Below are positions 23,142-32,334 of a DNA stretch of 46,420 nt, in pieces. Below the pieces are notes generated by a model that did not search any database, was not told the DNA's origin, and was given only the letters and a program-made list of their open reading frames with translations. The position numbers were made by a program, and so were the translations under genes. The stretch comes from a virus: the IMG/VR virus record IMGVR_UViG_3300034146_000006, positions 1 through 46,420 of that record. The stretch is one strand, 5' to 3'. Positions within the stretch are counted from its first letter, which is position 1. Each line of letters opens with the position of its first letter.

Positions 23142-23669
23142 ATGTCAGAGCGCAAAATAGAGTGGGTGAACCAAGAAACCCTCGCGAAGATCACAGGCAA
23201 AGATCGTAGAACGGTCAAAGGGCGCCTAGCAGGAATGCACTTCAAGCAGGAAGGGCGCCAGAAACTCTACGACAAGATGATTGCGGTACAGGCGATCGTC
23301 ACGAAGTCGGCTGATCCTGAGTCCGACGCGAAAAATCGCAGGGCAGTAGCGGACGCTGAAAAGGCTGAGATCATCGTTGCCCGGTTGAGAGGCGAGTTGG
23401 TGCCGGTCGCAGATATGAAAACGGCGGCGGCAGAGCTTATCAAAACTCTGTACGCGCGAATCGTCAGGGTAACACCAAGCATTCTTGCTCCGACCCTACT
23501 CGGCAAGACCGACCCGTTAGAGATTGAGGCAGTGCTACGCACGGCGCTCGCTGATGCGTTCGATGAACTGAAGTCGATGCCTGAGCATTTCCTATCCATC
23601 GACCCCACGGACGACATCGAAGAAATACTCGACCTTCCCGCCGACACCGAGGAAACAGATGGAGATTGA
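23142..23669 (+). CDS. terS: Terminase small subunit (Nu1-like N-terminal HTH)
   Basis: 175 aa. VNQETLAKITGKDRRTVKGRL HTH. Lies immediately upstream of terL. Confidence 0.8.
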   Translation: MSERKIEWVNQETLAKITGKDRRTVKGRLAGMHFKQEGRQKLYDKMIAVQAIVTKSADPESDAKNRRAVADAEKAEIIVARLRGELVPVADMKTAAAELIKTLYARIVRVTPSILAPTLLGKTDPLEIEAVLRTALADAFDELKSMPEHFLSIDPTDDIEEILDLPADTEETDGD

Positions 23670-23856
23670 TTTCACTTCACGGCATAAGTGGTCGCGCGTA
23701 CCTGAGATAGCGCCAGACGCCTATATCGTGGTGTGCCCGAAATGCAAACAGAAAGGCGCTAAACGGTATCCGGTGTTCTCTACCACCAGTCAACCAGTGA
23801 TCCACCGTATCGAGCAATTTAGGAACTTCAACGTAGAACTCTCGAAGTGTCAGTAA
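23659..23856 (+). CDS. Small Cys-containing protein between terS and terL (65 aa)
   Basis: Contains CPKCKQKG. Overlaps both neighbours. Confidence 0.5.
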   Translation: MEIDFTSRHKWSRVPEIAPDAYIVVCPKCKQKGAKRYPVFSTTSQPVIHRIEQFRNFNVELSKCQ

Positions 23857-25874
23857 CCAAACAAGCATTCGACATATTCGCTTCGGCGGCTGATGCGGCG
23901 ATCCCCCAAGGCGGCGTGACCGTTTCCGATTGGGCAGATATGCACCGCATCCTGTCCCCTGAAGCGTCGGCTGAACCCGGACGATGGCGCACGTCTCGTG
24001 TACCGTACGCTCGTGCGTGGATGGATGTCATCACCGAGCCGACCGTTCACACTGTAGTCCTCAAGACATCATCGCAGGTTGGTAAGTCCGAAGTGCTCAA
24101 CAACGCCTGCGGCTACTTCATCCACCACGACCCGTGTCCGATCCTACTCATTCAACCCACCGTGGATCGAATGAAGGACTACTCGAAGAAGCGCATACAG
24201 CCGATGCTTCGAGACACCCCGGTACTCGCGGCTGTGATGTCGGATGACAAGTCACGAGACAGCGACAATACGATGCTGTCTAAGGCGTTCGTCGGCGGTC
24301 ATTTACTTATGGCAGGCGCTAACGCGGCATCAGGACTCGCATCGAACCCGATCCGTGTGGTACTCGCCGATGAGGTCGATCGCTACCCGCGCGACGTTGA
24401 CAACGAAGGTGATCCGCTCACACTCGCCATCCGACGCGCCACTACATTCTCAAACCGTAAGATCGTCCCCACTTCGACCCCGACCATTAAAGGGGAGTCG
24501 AGGATCGAGGAACTGTTTAATACGAGCCACGGCTTCAAGTATCACGTCCCTTGTCCACATTGCGGCACGTTCCAAGTCCTCAGATGGCGTGACGTGATCG
24601 AGAGGGTGAACGACAAGGGTGAGGTAGAGGTCGAGCACGGGGACTACCGCGTCCAGTGGGAGCTAGACGAGGACGGGAACATCAAGGAATGTTACTACGT
24701 CTGCGAGCAAGGCTGTCTGATCGAGCCGCATCACAAGCTGTGGATGATCTCAGCAGAATCAGGCGCAGAGTGGCGTGACGCGGAAGGCGAATCACTGGAT
24801 GCCGTTCTCACAGCAGGGAACCACAAAGGCTCAATCGGCTTCGCTATCAACGCGCTCAATTCACCTTGGTTCCACTGGCACGAGATCATCGCCGAGTTTC
24901 TTGTAGCGATCAAGGCGGCGAAGGAAGGGAAGCCCGAATTACTGAAGGTGTTCGTCAACACGTTGCTAGGCGAGACGTGGGACACGAATCAGGAAGGCTC
25001 CGACATCAAGGGACTCGAACAGCGCGAGGAAGAATACAGCGCCGAAATCCCGCTCGGAGTGCTTTGCCTGACAGCCGGGGTCGATACCCAACCGGATCGC
25101 CTCGAATGCGAAATCGTAGGGTGGGGCATAGGCGAGGAATCGTGGTCGATCAACTACTACGTCATCCGAGGCGACACGAATCAGCCGCAGGTGTGGCAAC
25201 AACTATTCGAGGTCTTGAGCAAGAGCTACGAGTGCGAGCGCGAGGACTCTACAGGGACGCGGCTGACCCGGACGATCGACGCGTGCTGTATCGACTCAGG
25301 TGGTCACAATACGCAGGCGGTGTATGCGTTCACGAAGGCGCATAGCGGACGTAAGTGGCTTGCGATCAAAGGTAGCTCGACCGCCGCGAAGGAAACGATC
25401 TCGATGCGTCCGACTAAGCTGAAAGGTGGAGCGCTACTGTACATCGTCGGCACCAATCTCGTGAAGGACAAGTTGTTCGGCTACCTGAAAGTCACGGAAC
25501 CCGGCGCCGCATACTGTCATTTCCCGGCAGGGTACGATGACGAGTATTACAAACAGCTTACGGCAGAGAAGCGCGTCAAGAAGATCAAGAAGTTCGACAA
25601 GAACGATCCCCACGGCTACAGCCAGTGGATGTACAAGAAAATCCGATCACGTAACGAAGCGCTCGACTGCCGTGTTTACGCGATGGCGGCACTCTACCAC
25701 TTGAACTTCAACTTCCCGCGAGCACTTGAACAAGAGAACTTGCATTGTGCCGCCAAAACTGATACACTGTATGTGTCTGAAAATGCAGTAAAAGACAACA
25801 ATGAGAGTTTCGTGCGTAGGTTTGGGCAGACGCAAGGATTCGTTTCTAAGTTCACACGGCAGGGTCGTACCTAG
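23847..25874 (+). CDS. terL: Terminase large subunit, lambda gpA family
   Basis: 675 aa. VSDWADMHRILSPEASAEPGRWRTSRVPYARAWMD aligns with the lambda gpA N-terminus. Walker-like SSQVGKSE. GTG start. Confidence 0.95.
   Translation: MSVTKQAFDIFASAADAAIPQGGVTVSDWADMHRILSPEASAEPGRWRTSRVPYARAWMDVITEPTVHTVVLKTSSQVGKSEVLNNACGYFIHHDPCPILLIQPTVDRMKDYSKKRIQPMLRDTPVLAAVMSDDKSRDSDNTMLSKAFVGGHLLMAGANAASGLASNPIRVVLADEVDRYPRDVDNEGDPLTLAIRRATTFSNRKIVPTSTPTIKGESRIEELFNTSHGFKYHVPCPHCGTFQVLRWRDVIERVNDKGEVEVEHGDYRVQWELDEDGNIKECYYVCEQGCLIEPHHKLWMISAESGAEWRDAEGESLDAVLTAGNHKGSIGFAINALNSPWFHWHEIIAEFLVAIKAAKEGKPELLKVFVNTLLGETWDTNQEGSDIKGLEQREEEYSAEIPLGVLCLTAGVDTQPDRLECEIVGWGIGEESWSINYYVIRGDTNQPQVWQQLFEVLSKSYECEREDSTGTRLTRTIDACCIDSGGHNTQAVYAFTKAHSGRKWLAIKGSSTAAKETISMRPTKLKGGALLYIVGTNLVKDKLFGYLKVTEPGAAYCHFPAGYDDEYYKQLTAEKRVKKIKKFDKNDPHGYSQWMYKKIRSRNEALDCRVYAMAALYHLNFNFPRALEQENLHCAAKTDTLYVSENAVKDNNESFVRRFGQTQGFVSKFTRQGRT
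25760..25777 (+). repeat. Copy of dispersed motif (TGATACACTGTATGTGTC) inside the terL 3' end
   Basis: TG-A-TACACT extended -10-like sequence, about 100 nt upstream of the next gene. Confidence 0.4.
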
Positions 25875-26419
25875 TGGTTCCAACAGAAATTCGCGCCAAT
25901 TTTAACCTGACCTTTGAGGTCGAGGACGTAGCTTCGGATGTGCCTAACGGGTACACCCCCAAGTTCGTCTTGGGCGGCGCCACATCACTCACCAAGGACG
26001 GCGAGGTAGACGGCGACAACATCGTCTTTGAACTCGTACCCACCGACACGACTAACTTCACGACCGGGCAGTACTGGTATCACATCGTCGCCGAGAACGG
26101 AGCAGGCGGTCGCGTATTCATCGCCGAGGGAACGGTTTGGCTTGTAGGTAAGATCACAGGCACAGGCGCCTATGACGGTCGATCCGTCGCGGAGAAAGTT
26201 CTTGAAGCGATCGACGCTACGATGCTAGGCAAGGCGACGAAGGATCAGCAGTCCTACACGATTCAGTCCGGCTCAGGGTCGAGAAGCCTATCGCGACTCA
26301 GCATCGCAGAACTCACCGAGGCACGGAAAATGTACGCCGCAATCGTCGCCGCCGAGCGCCGGTCAAACAACAGCGAGCCTCTATTTAGACGACACAGATT
26401 CGGCTTCGTAGCCGACTGA
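25874..26419 (+). CDS. Head-tail joining protein with gpW-like C-terminal segment and N-terminal extension (tentative)
   Basis: 181 aa. SYTIQSGSGSRSLSRLSIAELTEARKMY resembles the lambda gpW core, and the gene holds the lambda W position. GTG start overlapping the terL stop. Confidence 0.8.
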   Translation: MVPTEIRANFNLTFEVEDVASDVPNGYTPKFVLGGATSLTKDGEVDGDNIVFELVPTDTTNFTTGQYWYHIVAENGAGGRVFIAEGTVWLVGKITGTGAYDGRSVAEKVLEAIDATMLGKATKDQQSYTIQSGSGSRSLSRLSIAELTEARKMYAAIVAAERRSNNSEPLFRRHRFGFVAD

Positions 26420-26487
26420 GGGGCGTAGGATTTACTCCGTTCGCGCCGGTTGGTGGTGTTCCGCGCCGGTAATCGCCCCATTTTTAT

Positions 26488-28017
26488 ATGAGTTTATTTG
26501 ATCGCATAGCAGAGAAGGCTTTCCGCGCCGTTGGTGCTGTCGAAATGGAACGGCAGTATGCGGCAGGCAAGAACAACCGTCTCGTCGGCGATCGGAACAA
26601 TTTCAACTACTCGGCGAATCAGGATGTACGTGGTTCGATCCGACAGCTTCGCGCGAACGGTCGTGCCTTAGCTCGCGACAACGACTACTTCATCGGCTTC
26701 CTGAAGAAGCTCGACGCTAACGTGATCGGCACGTACGGGATGAAGCCGCAGGTAGACGCGAAGAAGGCTGACAACACGAAGAAAGAGGACTTGAACCGCA
26801 AGGTCGAGAACGAGTGGAAGCAGTGGTGTCGGAAACAACATTGCGACGTGACAGGGCAGTCGTCACTTCGGAACCTCGCGTCTCTCGCGCTCAGGACGAT
26901 GGCGACTGACGGTGAGTTCCTGATTCGACTTATCTTCGACGGCGACAGCCCTTACGGGTTGAAGCTACAGATGCTCGATGCCGACTGGTTGGACGAGGAC
27001 TACAACGCCGACATCCGCGAAAGCGGCAACCGTGTCGTGATGTCGGTCGAGTACGACAAGTACGACAAGCCGGTAGCGTACTGGTTCACCGACCCCAAGT
27101 GGTCAACGACATCGGTTCCCGGACTGAAGGTTGTCCCCAACACCGTTCAGCGCTTACGCGTCCCGGCAGAGCTTATCATCCACCGCTTCATTAAGGATCG
27201 CGTAGGACAAGGGCGCGGCATTACGTGGGCACACGGCGCAGTGCTGACGATGAACCAACTCGACGGCTTCGATGAGGCTGAGTTGGTGGGTGCCCGGATC
27301 AACGCGTCGAATATGGCGTTCGTTTCTCCCCCGGCTCCACTCGATCCCGGCGAGGCGACAAGCGGCACGATCAACACCGAGGTAGCGCCCGGACAGATTC
27401 TTGAGATTCCCGCAGGCTACACCGTTCACGAGTTTTCGCCGAACAAGCCGCAGGATCAGTCTTTCAGTACCCGGATGCTCCGCAAGATCGCGTCGAGCTT
27501 GGGTGTCAGTTACAGCACGCTTACGTCGGACTTAACGGAAGTCAATTTCTCGTCCATCCGCGCCGGTACGATCGAGGAACGCGAAGTGTGGCGAATGCTA
27601 CAGCAGTGGCTCGCCGAGAATCTATATCAGGACGTTTACGAGAAGTGGCTGATGTTCAATGCAAGCCGGTTGATCCCCGTCAGCGCACTCGATCAGGTGA
27701 TGTTTCCAATCTGGCGCGGCAGAGGCTTCGAGTGGGTTGATCCGCTCAAGGACGTGAACGCAGACATCGCCGCGATCAATCGAGGTTTGAAAACCATTAC
27801 CGAAGTCTTAGCCGAGCGCGGTCACGACTTCGAGGAAGTGATGGAGCAACACAAGTACGAGCAGGACTTCATTAACAATCTCGACTTGCAGTTTGCGTCC
27901 CCCGACCTTCAGGCGAAGCTCGCGGCAGAAGCCGCCGATGCCAATAAGGAAGATGGTGCAGACGAAAAAGCTGACACCAAGGGCGCCAAGGATAAGGACA
28001 AGGGGAAGAAAACTTAA
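26488..28017 (+). CDS. Portal protein, lambda family
   Basis: 509 aa. Position after terL/W, with typical lambda-type portal length and an acidic/lysine-rich C-terminus. Confidence 0.9.
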   Translation: MSLFDRIAEKAFRAVGAVEMERQYAAGKNNRLVGDRNNFNYSANQDVRGSIRQLRANGRALARDNDYFIGFLKKLDANVIGTYGMKPQVDAKKADNTKKEDLNRKVENEWKQWCRKQHCDVTGQSSLRNLASLALRTMATDGEFLIRLIFDGDSPYGLKLQMLDADWLDEDYNADIRESGNRVVMSVEYDKYDKPVAYWFTDPKWSTTSVPGLKVVPNTVQRLRVPAELIIHRFIKDRVGQGRGITWAHGAVLTMNQLDGFDEAELVGARINASNMAFVSPPAPLDPGEATSGTINTEVAPGQILEIPAGYTVHEFSPNKPQDQSFSTRMLRKIASSLGVSYSTLTSDLTEVNFSSIRAGTIEEREVWRMLQQWLAENLYQDVYEKWLMFNASRLIPVSALDQVMFPIWRGRGFEWVDPLKDVNADIAAINRGLKTITEVLAERGHDFEEVMEQHKYEQDFINNLDLQFASPDLQAKLAAEAADANKEDGADEKADTKGAKDKDKGKKT

Positions 28018-28043
28018 AAAATTTTAGCAAGGTAATCGCATAA

Positions 28044-29939
28044 ATGAATCAAGAAATCACAGATGAAACCGAGGTTCGCGATCAGCGAATGCTGACTGAA
28101 CGGTTCGATCGAGGCGCCAAGGTGTCAGTCGTTGCATACGACAAAGACCTTCGCACGGTCGAGCTTTCATTCGCTAGTGAGATTGAGGTCGAGCGGTGGT
28201 ACGGCTTAGAGGTCTTAGAAATGTCCCCCAAAGCCGCAGAACTTAACCGGCTCAATAACGGCGGCGCGTTGCTTTCGGATCACAACACCCGACAGCAGAT
28301 CGGCAGGGTCGATAAGGCGTGGATCGGCGACGACAAACGCGCGCACGCCGTAGTCAAGTTCTCACGCAAGGCGGTCGCGGAAGATGAATTTCAGGACGTT
28401 ATCGACGGCATCCGTACGAACGTCAGTTTTGGTTATCGCGTCTTGGATTACAAGACCGAGGTAGGAAAGGGGAACACCCCTGATAAGCGTACGGTGACCC
28501 GTTGGGAAGCCTACGAGATTTCGCTTGTTGCTGTCCCGGCTGATCCTTCGGTTGGCGTCGGACGTGCTCACGAAGATTTGGGTAATCCTGAGCCAACCAA
28601 ACAAGCGGAAACAACCGAGAGTCGCGGCGCGGAAACAGCGACAGCAGAAAACACTAATTCGAGGTCGAAAGAAACAATGAACAATCCAGAAAATCAGGTG
28701 GATCAGCCTGCGGCGACGGTAACCTTCGCACGCGAAGATTCAATTATGGAGTTCGGACGCAAGTTCGGCGCTCCCGAAGCAATGGTCAAGCGCATCGCGC
28801 TCGATCCTAACGGCACCGTGGACACGCTCCGCACGGAATTGGGCAAGCAGTACGCCGCCGTACCTGTAACCCTAGCAACTCCCGACGAGGGCACCCCCGC
28901 ATCCAGACTGGATATGACGGACAAGGAAGTTCGTCAGTATTCGTTCAGCCGCGCGATTCTGGCTCAGGCAGACGGCGACTGGTCGAAGGCAGGCTTTGAG
29001 CGTGAATGTCACGAGGCGATCGAGCAGAAGATGAGCGCGAGCGGTATGACCCGACAGGGCGCCGGATTCCTCGTGCCGATCGACGTTCAGAACGTCCGCG
29101 ATATGTCCGCAACGGGCGGCGGTGCTTCGGGCGGCTTTCTCGTCTCGACGGATCATATGCCGCAGTCGTTCATCGAGCTTCTTCGCTCGAAGATGCTGAT
29201 GCTTAAGGCAGGCGTCCGTGTTATGTCCGATCTCGTCGGCAACCCCTCGATCCCGCGTCAGGACGGCTCTACGACTGGCTATTGGGTCACGGAAGGCGTT
29301 GCACCGGGCAAGTCGGATGTCACTCTCGGACAGCTCACGATGTCGCCAAAGACTTGCGGCGCGCGTACCGAGTTTACGCGTCAGCTTCTTGTTCAGTCGG
29401 CACCGTCGATTGACCAACTCGTCAAGAGCGACATCGCTGAAGTGCTCGCACGCACGGTGGACGCCGCGATCATCAACGGCTCAGGTACGGACGGTCAGCC
29501 GACCGGCTTCCTGAACACGACCGGCGTATCCTCGATCGCAAAGGCAGGCGCGGACTTCGCGTGGGCAGACGCGGTGGCGTTCAACACCGCTTTCCGTAAC
29601 TCTAACGCGCCGGGCACCCCCAGTTGGCTCGCTTCGCCCACGGTTCTCGGAACGCTCGAAACCCGACCTAAGATCGGTACGACCTACCCGGTCTACTTGC
29701 TAGAGAACGGCAAGCTGAACGGCTACGGTATTGACCACTCAACGGCGTTCCCGGCTAGCACGATCTCATTTGGTGACTACTCGACCATCGTGCTCGGTGA
29801 GTGGGGCATCCTTGAGATTGAGGCGAACAAGTATGGCTCGACGTTCGGTGCCGGTGGTATCGAAGTGCGCGGTCTGCATATGGTAGACGTTGCCGTTCGC
29901 TACCCGCAGGCGCTCAAGAAGATGACCGACTTCTCGTAA
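28044..29939 (+). CDS. Prohead protease (HK97 gp4 / S78-like) fused in frame to an HK97-fold major capsid protein
   Basis: 631 aa. N-terminus GALLSDHN...SFGY...EISLVAVPADPSVGV (protease). C-terminus GGFLVSTDHMPQSFIELLRSKMLMLKAGVRV (Phage_capsid-like). Confidence 0.9.
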   Translation: MNQEITDETEVRDQRMLTERFDRGAKVSVVAYDKDLRTVELSFASEIEVERWYGLEVLEMSPKAAELNRLNNGGALLSDHNTRQQIGRVDKAWIGDDKRAHAVVKFSRKAVAEDEFQDVIDGIRTNVSFGYRVLDYKTEVGKGNTPDKRTVTRWEAYEISLVAVPADPSVGVGRAHEDLGNPEPTKQAETTESRGAETATAENTNSRSKETMNNPENQVDQPAATVTFAREDSIMEFGRKFGAPEAMVKRIALDPNGTVDTLRTELGKQYAAVPVTLATPDEGTPASRLDMTDKEVRQYSFSRAILAQADGDWSKAGFERECHEAIEQKMSASGMTRQGAGFLVPIDVQNVRDMSATGGGASGGFLVSTDHMPQSFIELLRSKMLMLKAGVRVMSDLVGNPSIPRQDGSTTGYWVTEGVAPGKSDVTLGQLTMSPKTCGARTEFTRQLLVQSAPSIDQLVKSDIAEVLARTVDAAIINGSGTDGQPTGFLNTTGVSSIAKAGADFAWADAVAFNTAFRNSNAPGTPSWLASPTVLGTLETRPKIGTTYPVYLLENGKLNGYGIDHSTAFPASTISFGDYSTIVLGEWGILEIEANKYGSTFGAGGIEVRGLHMVDVAVRYPQALKKMTDFS

Positions 29940-29956
29940 CAGATGCGGTTCGTCAA

Positions 29957-29984
29957 GGGGGAGTCGGTACTCCCCCCGCTTTTA
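29957..29984 (+). terminator. Intrinsic terminator/attenuator after the capsid gene
   Basis: GGGGGAGT-cggt-ACTCCCCC (8-bp stem, 4-nt loop), then CGCTTTTAA. Confidence 0.6.
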
Positions 29985-30001
29985 ACAAGGAAAAATCAAA
30001 G

Positions 30002-30391
30002 ATGCTTAATACAGAAAATGCAAGTGCGCTCGTCAACGGTGGCGAGGTAAACGCAGGGCAGACCCGTAAGGTGAAGATGCTCATCGGCACGTTCGTCAAG
30101 AGCGTGGGCAAGGACGTTAAGGAAGGCGCCGTCATCCAGATCAGCGATGTTGATTACCGCTTCCTGAAGCCGTACGGTTACTGCGAGGACTACAAGGCAG
30201 AGCAGGAACCGGCAGTTGTTCCACCGGCAGTTGTTCCACCGGCAGTTGTTCCACCGGCAGTTGTTCCACCGGCAGTTGTTCCACCGGCAGTTGTTCCACC
30301 GGCAGTTGTTCCACCGGCACAGGGCAACGATCCGAAGCCGCAGGACAACGGTACGAAACCGACGGTCGAAGGCAAGCGCGCAAATAGGTAG
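30002..30391 (+). CDS. Protein with (PAVVP)x7 repeat; possible head decoration or accessory protein
   Basis: 129 aa: a 65-aa N-terminal domain, then the repeat, then a basic tail. Confidence 0.8.
   Translation: MLNTENASALVNGGEVNAGQTRKVKMLIGTFVKSVGKDVKEGAVIQISDVDYRFLKPYGYCEDYKAEQEPAVVPPAVVPPAVVPPAVVPPAVVPPAVVPPAVVPPAQGNDPKPQDNGTKPTVEGKRANR
30209..30319 (+). repeat. Perfect 15-bp tandem repeat CCGGCAGTTGTTCCA x7.4
   Basis: Seven identical units plus a 6-nt partial unit. In frame, encoding PAVVP. Confidence 0.95.
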
Positions 30392-30396
30392 TCAAA

Positions 30397-30726
30397 ATGT
30401 TTGTCGAGGACTTAGGGGCATTCTTAGAGGATTTTGGGATCGAGGTCGTATTCACGCGCGCAGGTGATGAGATTGCGACCTCGACCCTGATCCACGACGC
30501 CCCGATGTCCGAGATCAACGTGTATGACCGATCGTTCTACGACGAGAAGTTCTACGAAGCGCGAGTTCAGGGATCAGCCGTCAACCTGCTTGGTGTGGCG
30601 GCAAGCCTGTCGGAAGTACAGGTCGGTGACGTGGCGACGGTAAACGCGGTCGATTGGTATGTCATTACGAAAGAGCCAGACGGCACCGGGTTTGTGACGC
30701 TCCGATTATCAGCAAATTCAATCTAA
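30397..30726 (+). CDS. Head-tail adaptor / head-closure protein (by position, size and C-terminal pattern)
   Basis: 109 aa. Contains VDWYVITKEPDGTGFVTLRL. Confidence 0.75.
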   Translation: MFVEDLGAFLEDFGIEVVFTRAGDEIATSTLIHDAPMSEINVYDRSFYDEKFYEARVQGSAVNLLGVAASLSEVQVGDVATVNAVDWYVITKEPDGTGFVTLRLSANSI

Positions 30727-30739
30727 GAGAGGAAAAGAT

Positions 30740-30967
30740 ATGTCAGTACAGTCAGATAAAAACGGCAACGTGACGACGGACGGCGCTTCAGGTAGCTATG
30801 TCCAAGTCGGTGCGGTTCGCCACTACGGTTTCAACACGGCAATAACGGAGAACGTCACCGTGACGAGCGCTCCCGCAGGAAGCCGCGCTACCACCACTCA
30901 CGCCACCGGCAGGACGAAATCATTCTACTCGGACGGCGCTAAATGGCAACTCGAACTCGACGCCTAA
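30740..30967 (+). CDS. Hypothetical virion-module protein (75 aa)
   Basis: SD GAGAGGAAAAG upstream. Confidence 0.7.
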   Translation: MSVQSDKNGNVTTDGASGSYVQVGAVRHYGFNTAITENVTVTSAPAGSRATTTHATGRTKSFYSDGAKWQLELDA

Positions 30968-30976
30968 ACCTGAGCA

Positions 30977-31453
30977 ATGATCGTACGCCAAGAAATCTTT
31001 GAACGCGTTGTTGCACAGCTTCGGCGCATCAAGACTACGAACACCTACACCCTGTACGGCGGTACGCTTCCGTATCTAACCAACCTCGGTAACACGGTGT
31101 TCCCTTGGCGTGCGGCTCCCTTTCAACCCGGCGAGAGCGGGATCATCGTAAGGGACTTGGACGAGCCGGTTATGGAATCGGCGCCCCGCTCAGAGCGCGT
31201 CATCCGTCAACTTCATATTCAGGTCGAGGTCGTGCTTGCCGCCGACGATCCTGTCACAAGACTTTGGCAAGCCTACGCGGACATCGAAGCCGCAATCGGG
31301 GAAGGGCGTGACTCTGTTTGGGCAGACATCACGAGCAACACCCGACCAAGGTTGTCTCGATCCTTGGTCGAACAGGAATCGGCGAAGATCGCCGGTGGAA
31401 TCGTTGAGTGCTTCATAGACTACCCGACGTTAGCGTTCAGGTCTGTAGCTTAG
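30977..31453 (+). CDS. Tail completion / terminator-like connector protein (by position)
   Basis: 158 aa, directly upstream of the tail tube gene. Confidence 0.75.
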   Translation: MIVRQEIFERVVAQLRRIKTTNTYTLYGGTLPYLTNLGNTVFPWRAAPFQPGESGIIVRDLDEPVMESAPRSERVIRQLHIQVEVVLAADDPVTRLWQAYADIEAAIGEGRDSVWADITSNTRPRLSRSLVEQESAKIAGGIVECFIDYPTLAFRSVA

Positions 31454-31482
31454 AAAAACATCACAAGAGGTCGTAAAACGAA

Positions 31483-32238
31483 ATGAATGATTATCTTTTT
31501 GGAAAGGGCAAGGTAAGTCTTGCCGAGCGGGACGACAACGGCGCGGTCAGTAAGATTCTGTACCTCGGCAACTGTCCTGAGTTGAAAATTTCGGGTAGCG
31601 CGGATCGCATCGACCACTTCGAGTCCGAAAGCGGAACGAACGTCCGCGACCGCTCGCTCGTGAAAACGTCGTCACTGGAAATGAGCCTTACGCTTGAATC
31701 TATGAGTGCCGACAATCTTGCCCTGCTTATGTGGGGTAGCAAAACGGCGATCGCAGAGGCGGCGGCGCAGTCGCACTTCTTCCCGGAAGGGATCGCCGAT
31801 GACGACATCCATATCATCCCGAACGGCTTCAACCTCAGCGTGCCCGTCCTTAAGGACTCGGCACCTGTCGTGGTCACCACGAGCAAGTACAGTCTGGACG
31901 AGGACTTCGGCACCATTCAGTTCTTGGATGTCGCGGGATACACTCAGCCATTCGAGCTTGAATACACCCGTGGTGCCGCAGAGAGCGTTCCGTTTATGAC
32001 CGCTCAGGCACCGACGCGCTTCCTGCGTTTCGAGGGTCTGAACCTTGCCAACCCCGGCACGGCGCTCTCGCAGAAGTTCATCGTTGAACTCTACATTGTC
32101 CAGTTCGATCCCGTCAGCGATCTCTCGCTCATCGGTGACGACTTCGGCAAGTTCGAGTTGAAGGGTGCGCTACAGCAGGACGACACGCGAGTCGGCAACA
32201 GTGGACTCGGCGGGTTCGGTCGCATCATCAAACTCTAA
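31483..32238 (+). CDS. Major tail tube protein
   Basis: 251 aa. Position upstream of the chaperone pair and tape measure. SD AGAGG upstream. Confidence 0.8.
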   Translation: MNDYLFGKGKVSLAERDDNGAVSKILYLGNCPELKISGSADRIDHFESESGTNVRDRSLVKTSSLEMSLTLESMSADNLALLMWGSKTAIAEAAAQSHFFPEGIADDDIHIIPNGFNLSVPVLKDSAPVVVTTSKYSLDEDFGTIQFLDVAGYTQPFELEYTRGAAESVPFMTAQAPTRFLRFEGLNLANPGTALSQKFIVELYIVQFDPVSDLSLIGDDFGKFELKGALQQDDTRVGNSGLGGFGRIIKL

Positions 32239-32334
32239 TCCTTCGGGAACAGTTTTGCGGGGTGTACTGTGTGCTCAACACCCCGCGCCTCTCCCACACC
32301 CCTCTTTCTCTCCCCGACCTACCTATCTACGAAT

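Noticed and set aside
26420-26487. Long-range stem GGGGCG...CGCCCC followed by ATTTTTAT as a terminator between the gpW-like and portal genes
   Set aside because: The stem is only 6 bp and encloses about 48 nt with no convincing internal structure (CGCGCCGG is a direct, not inverted, repeat). It is too weak to call.
30190-30518. Tandem 15-bp repeats as a CRISPR array or as separate genes in the other frames (ORFs at 30190-30375 and 30141-30518 minus, 30216-30467 plus)
   Set aside because: The units are contiguous with no spacers and are in frame within a well-supported plus-strand gene. The other-frame ORFs are artefacts of the repeat (poly-GGTTA, poly-LFHRQ).
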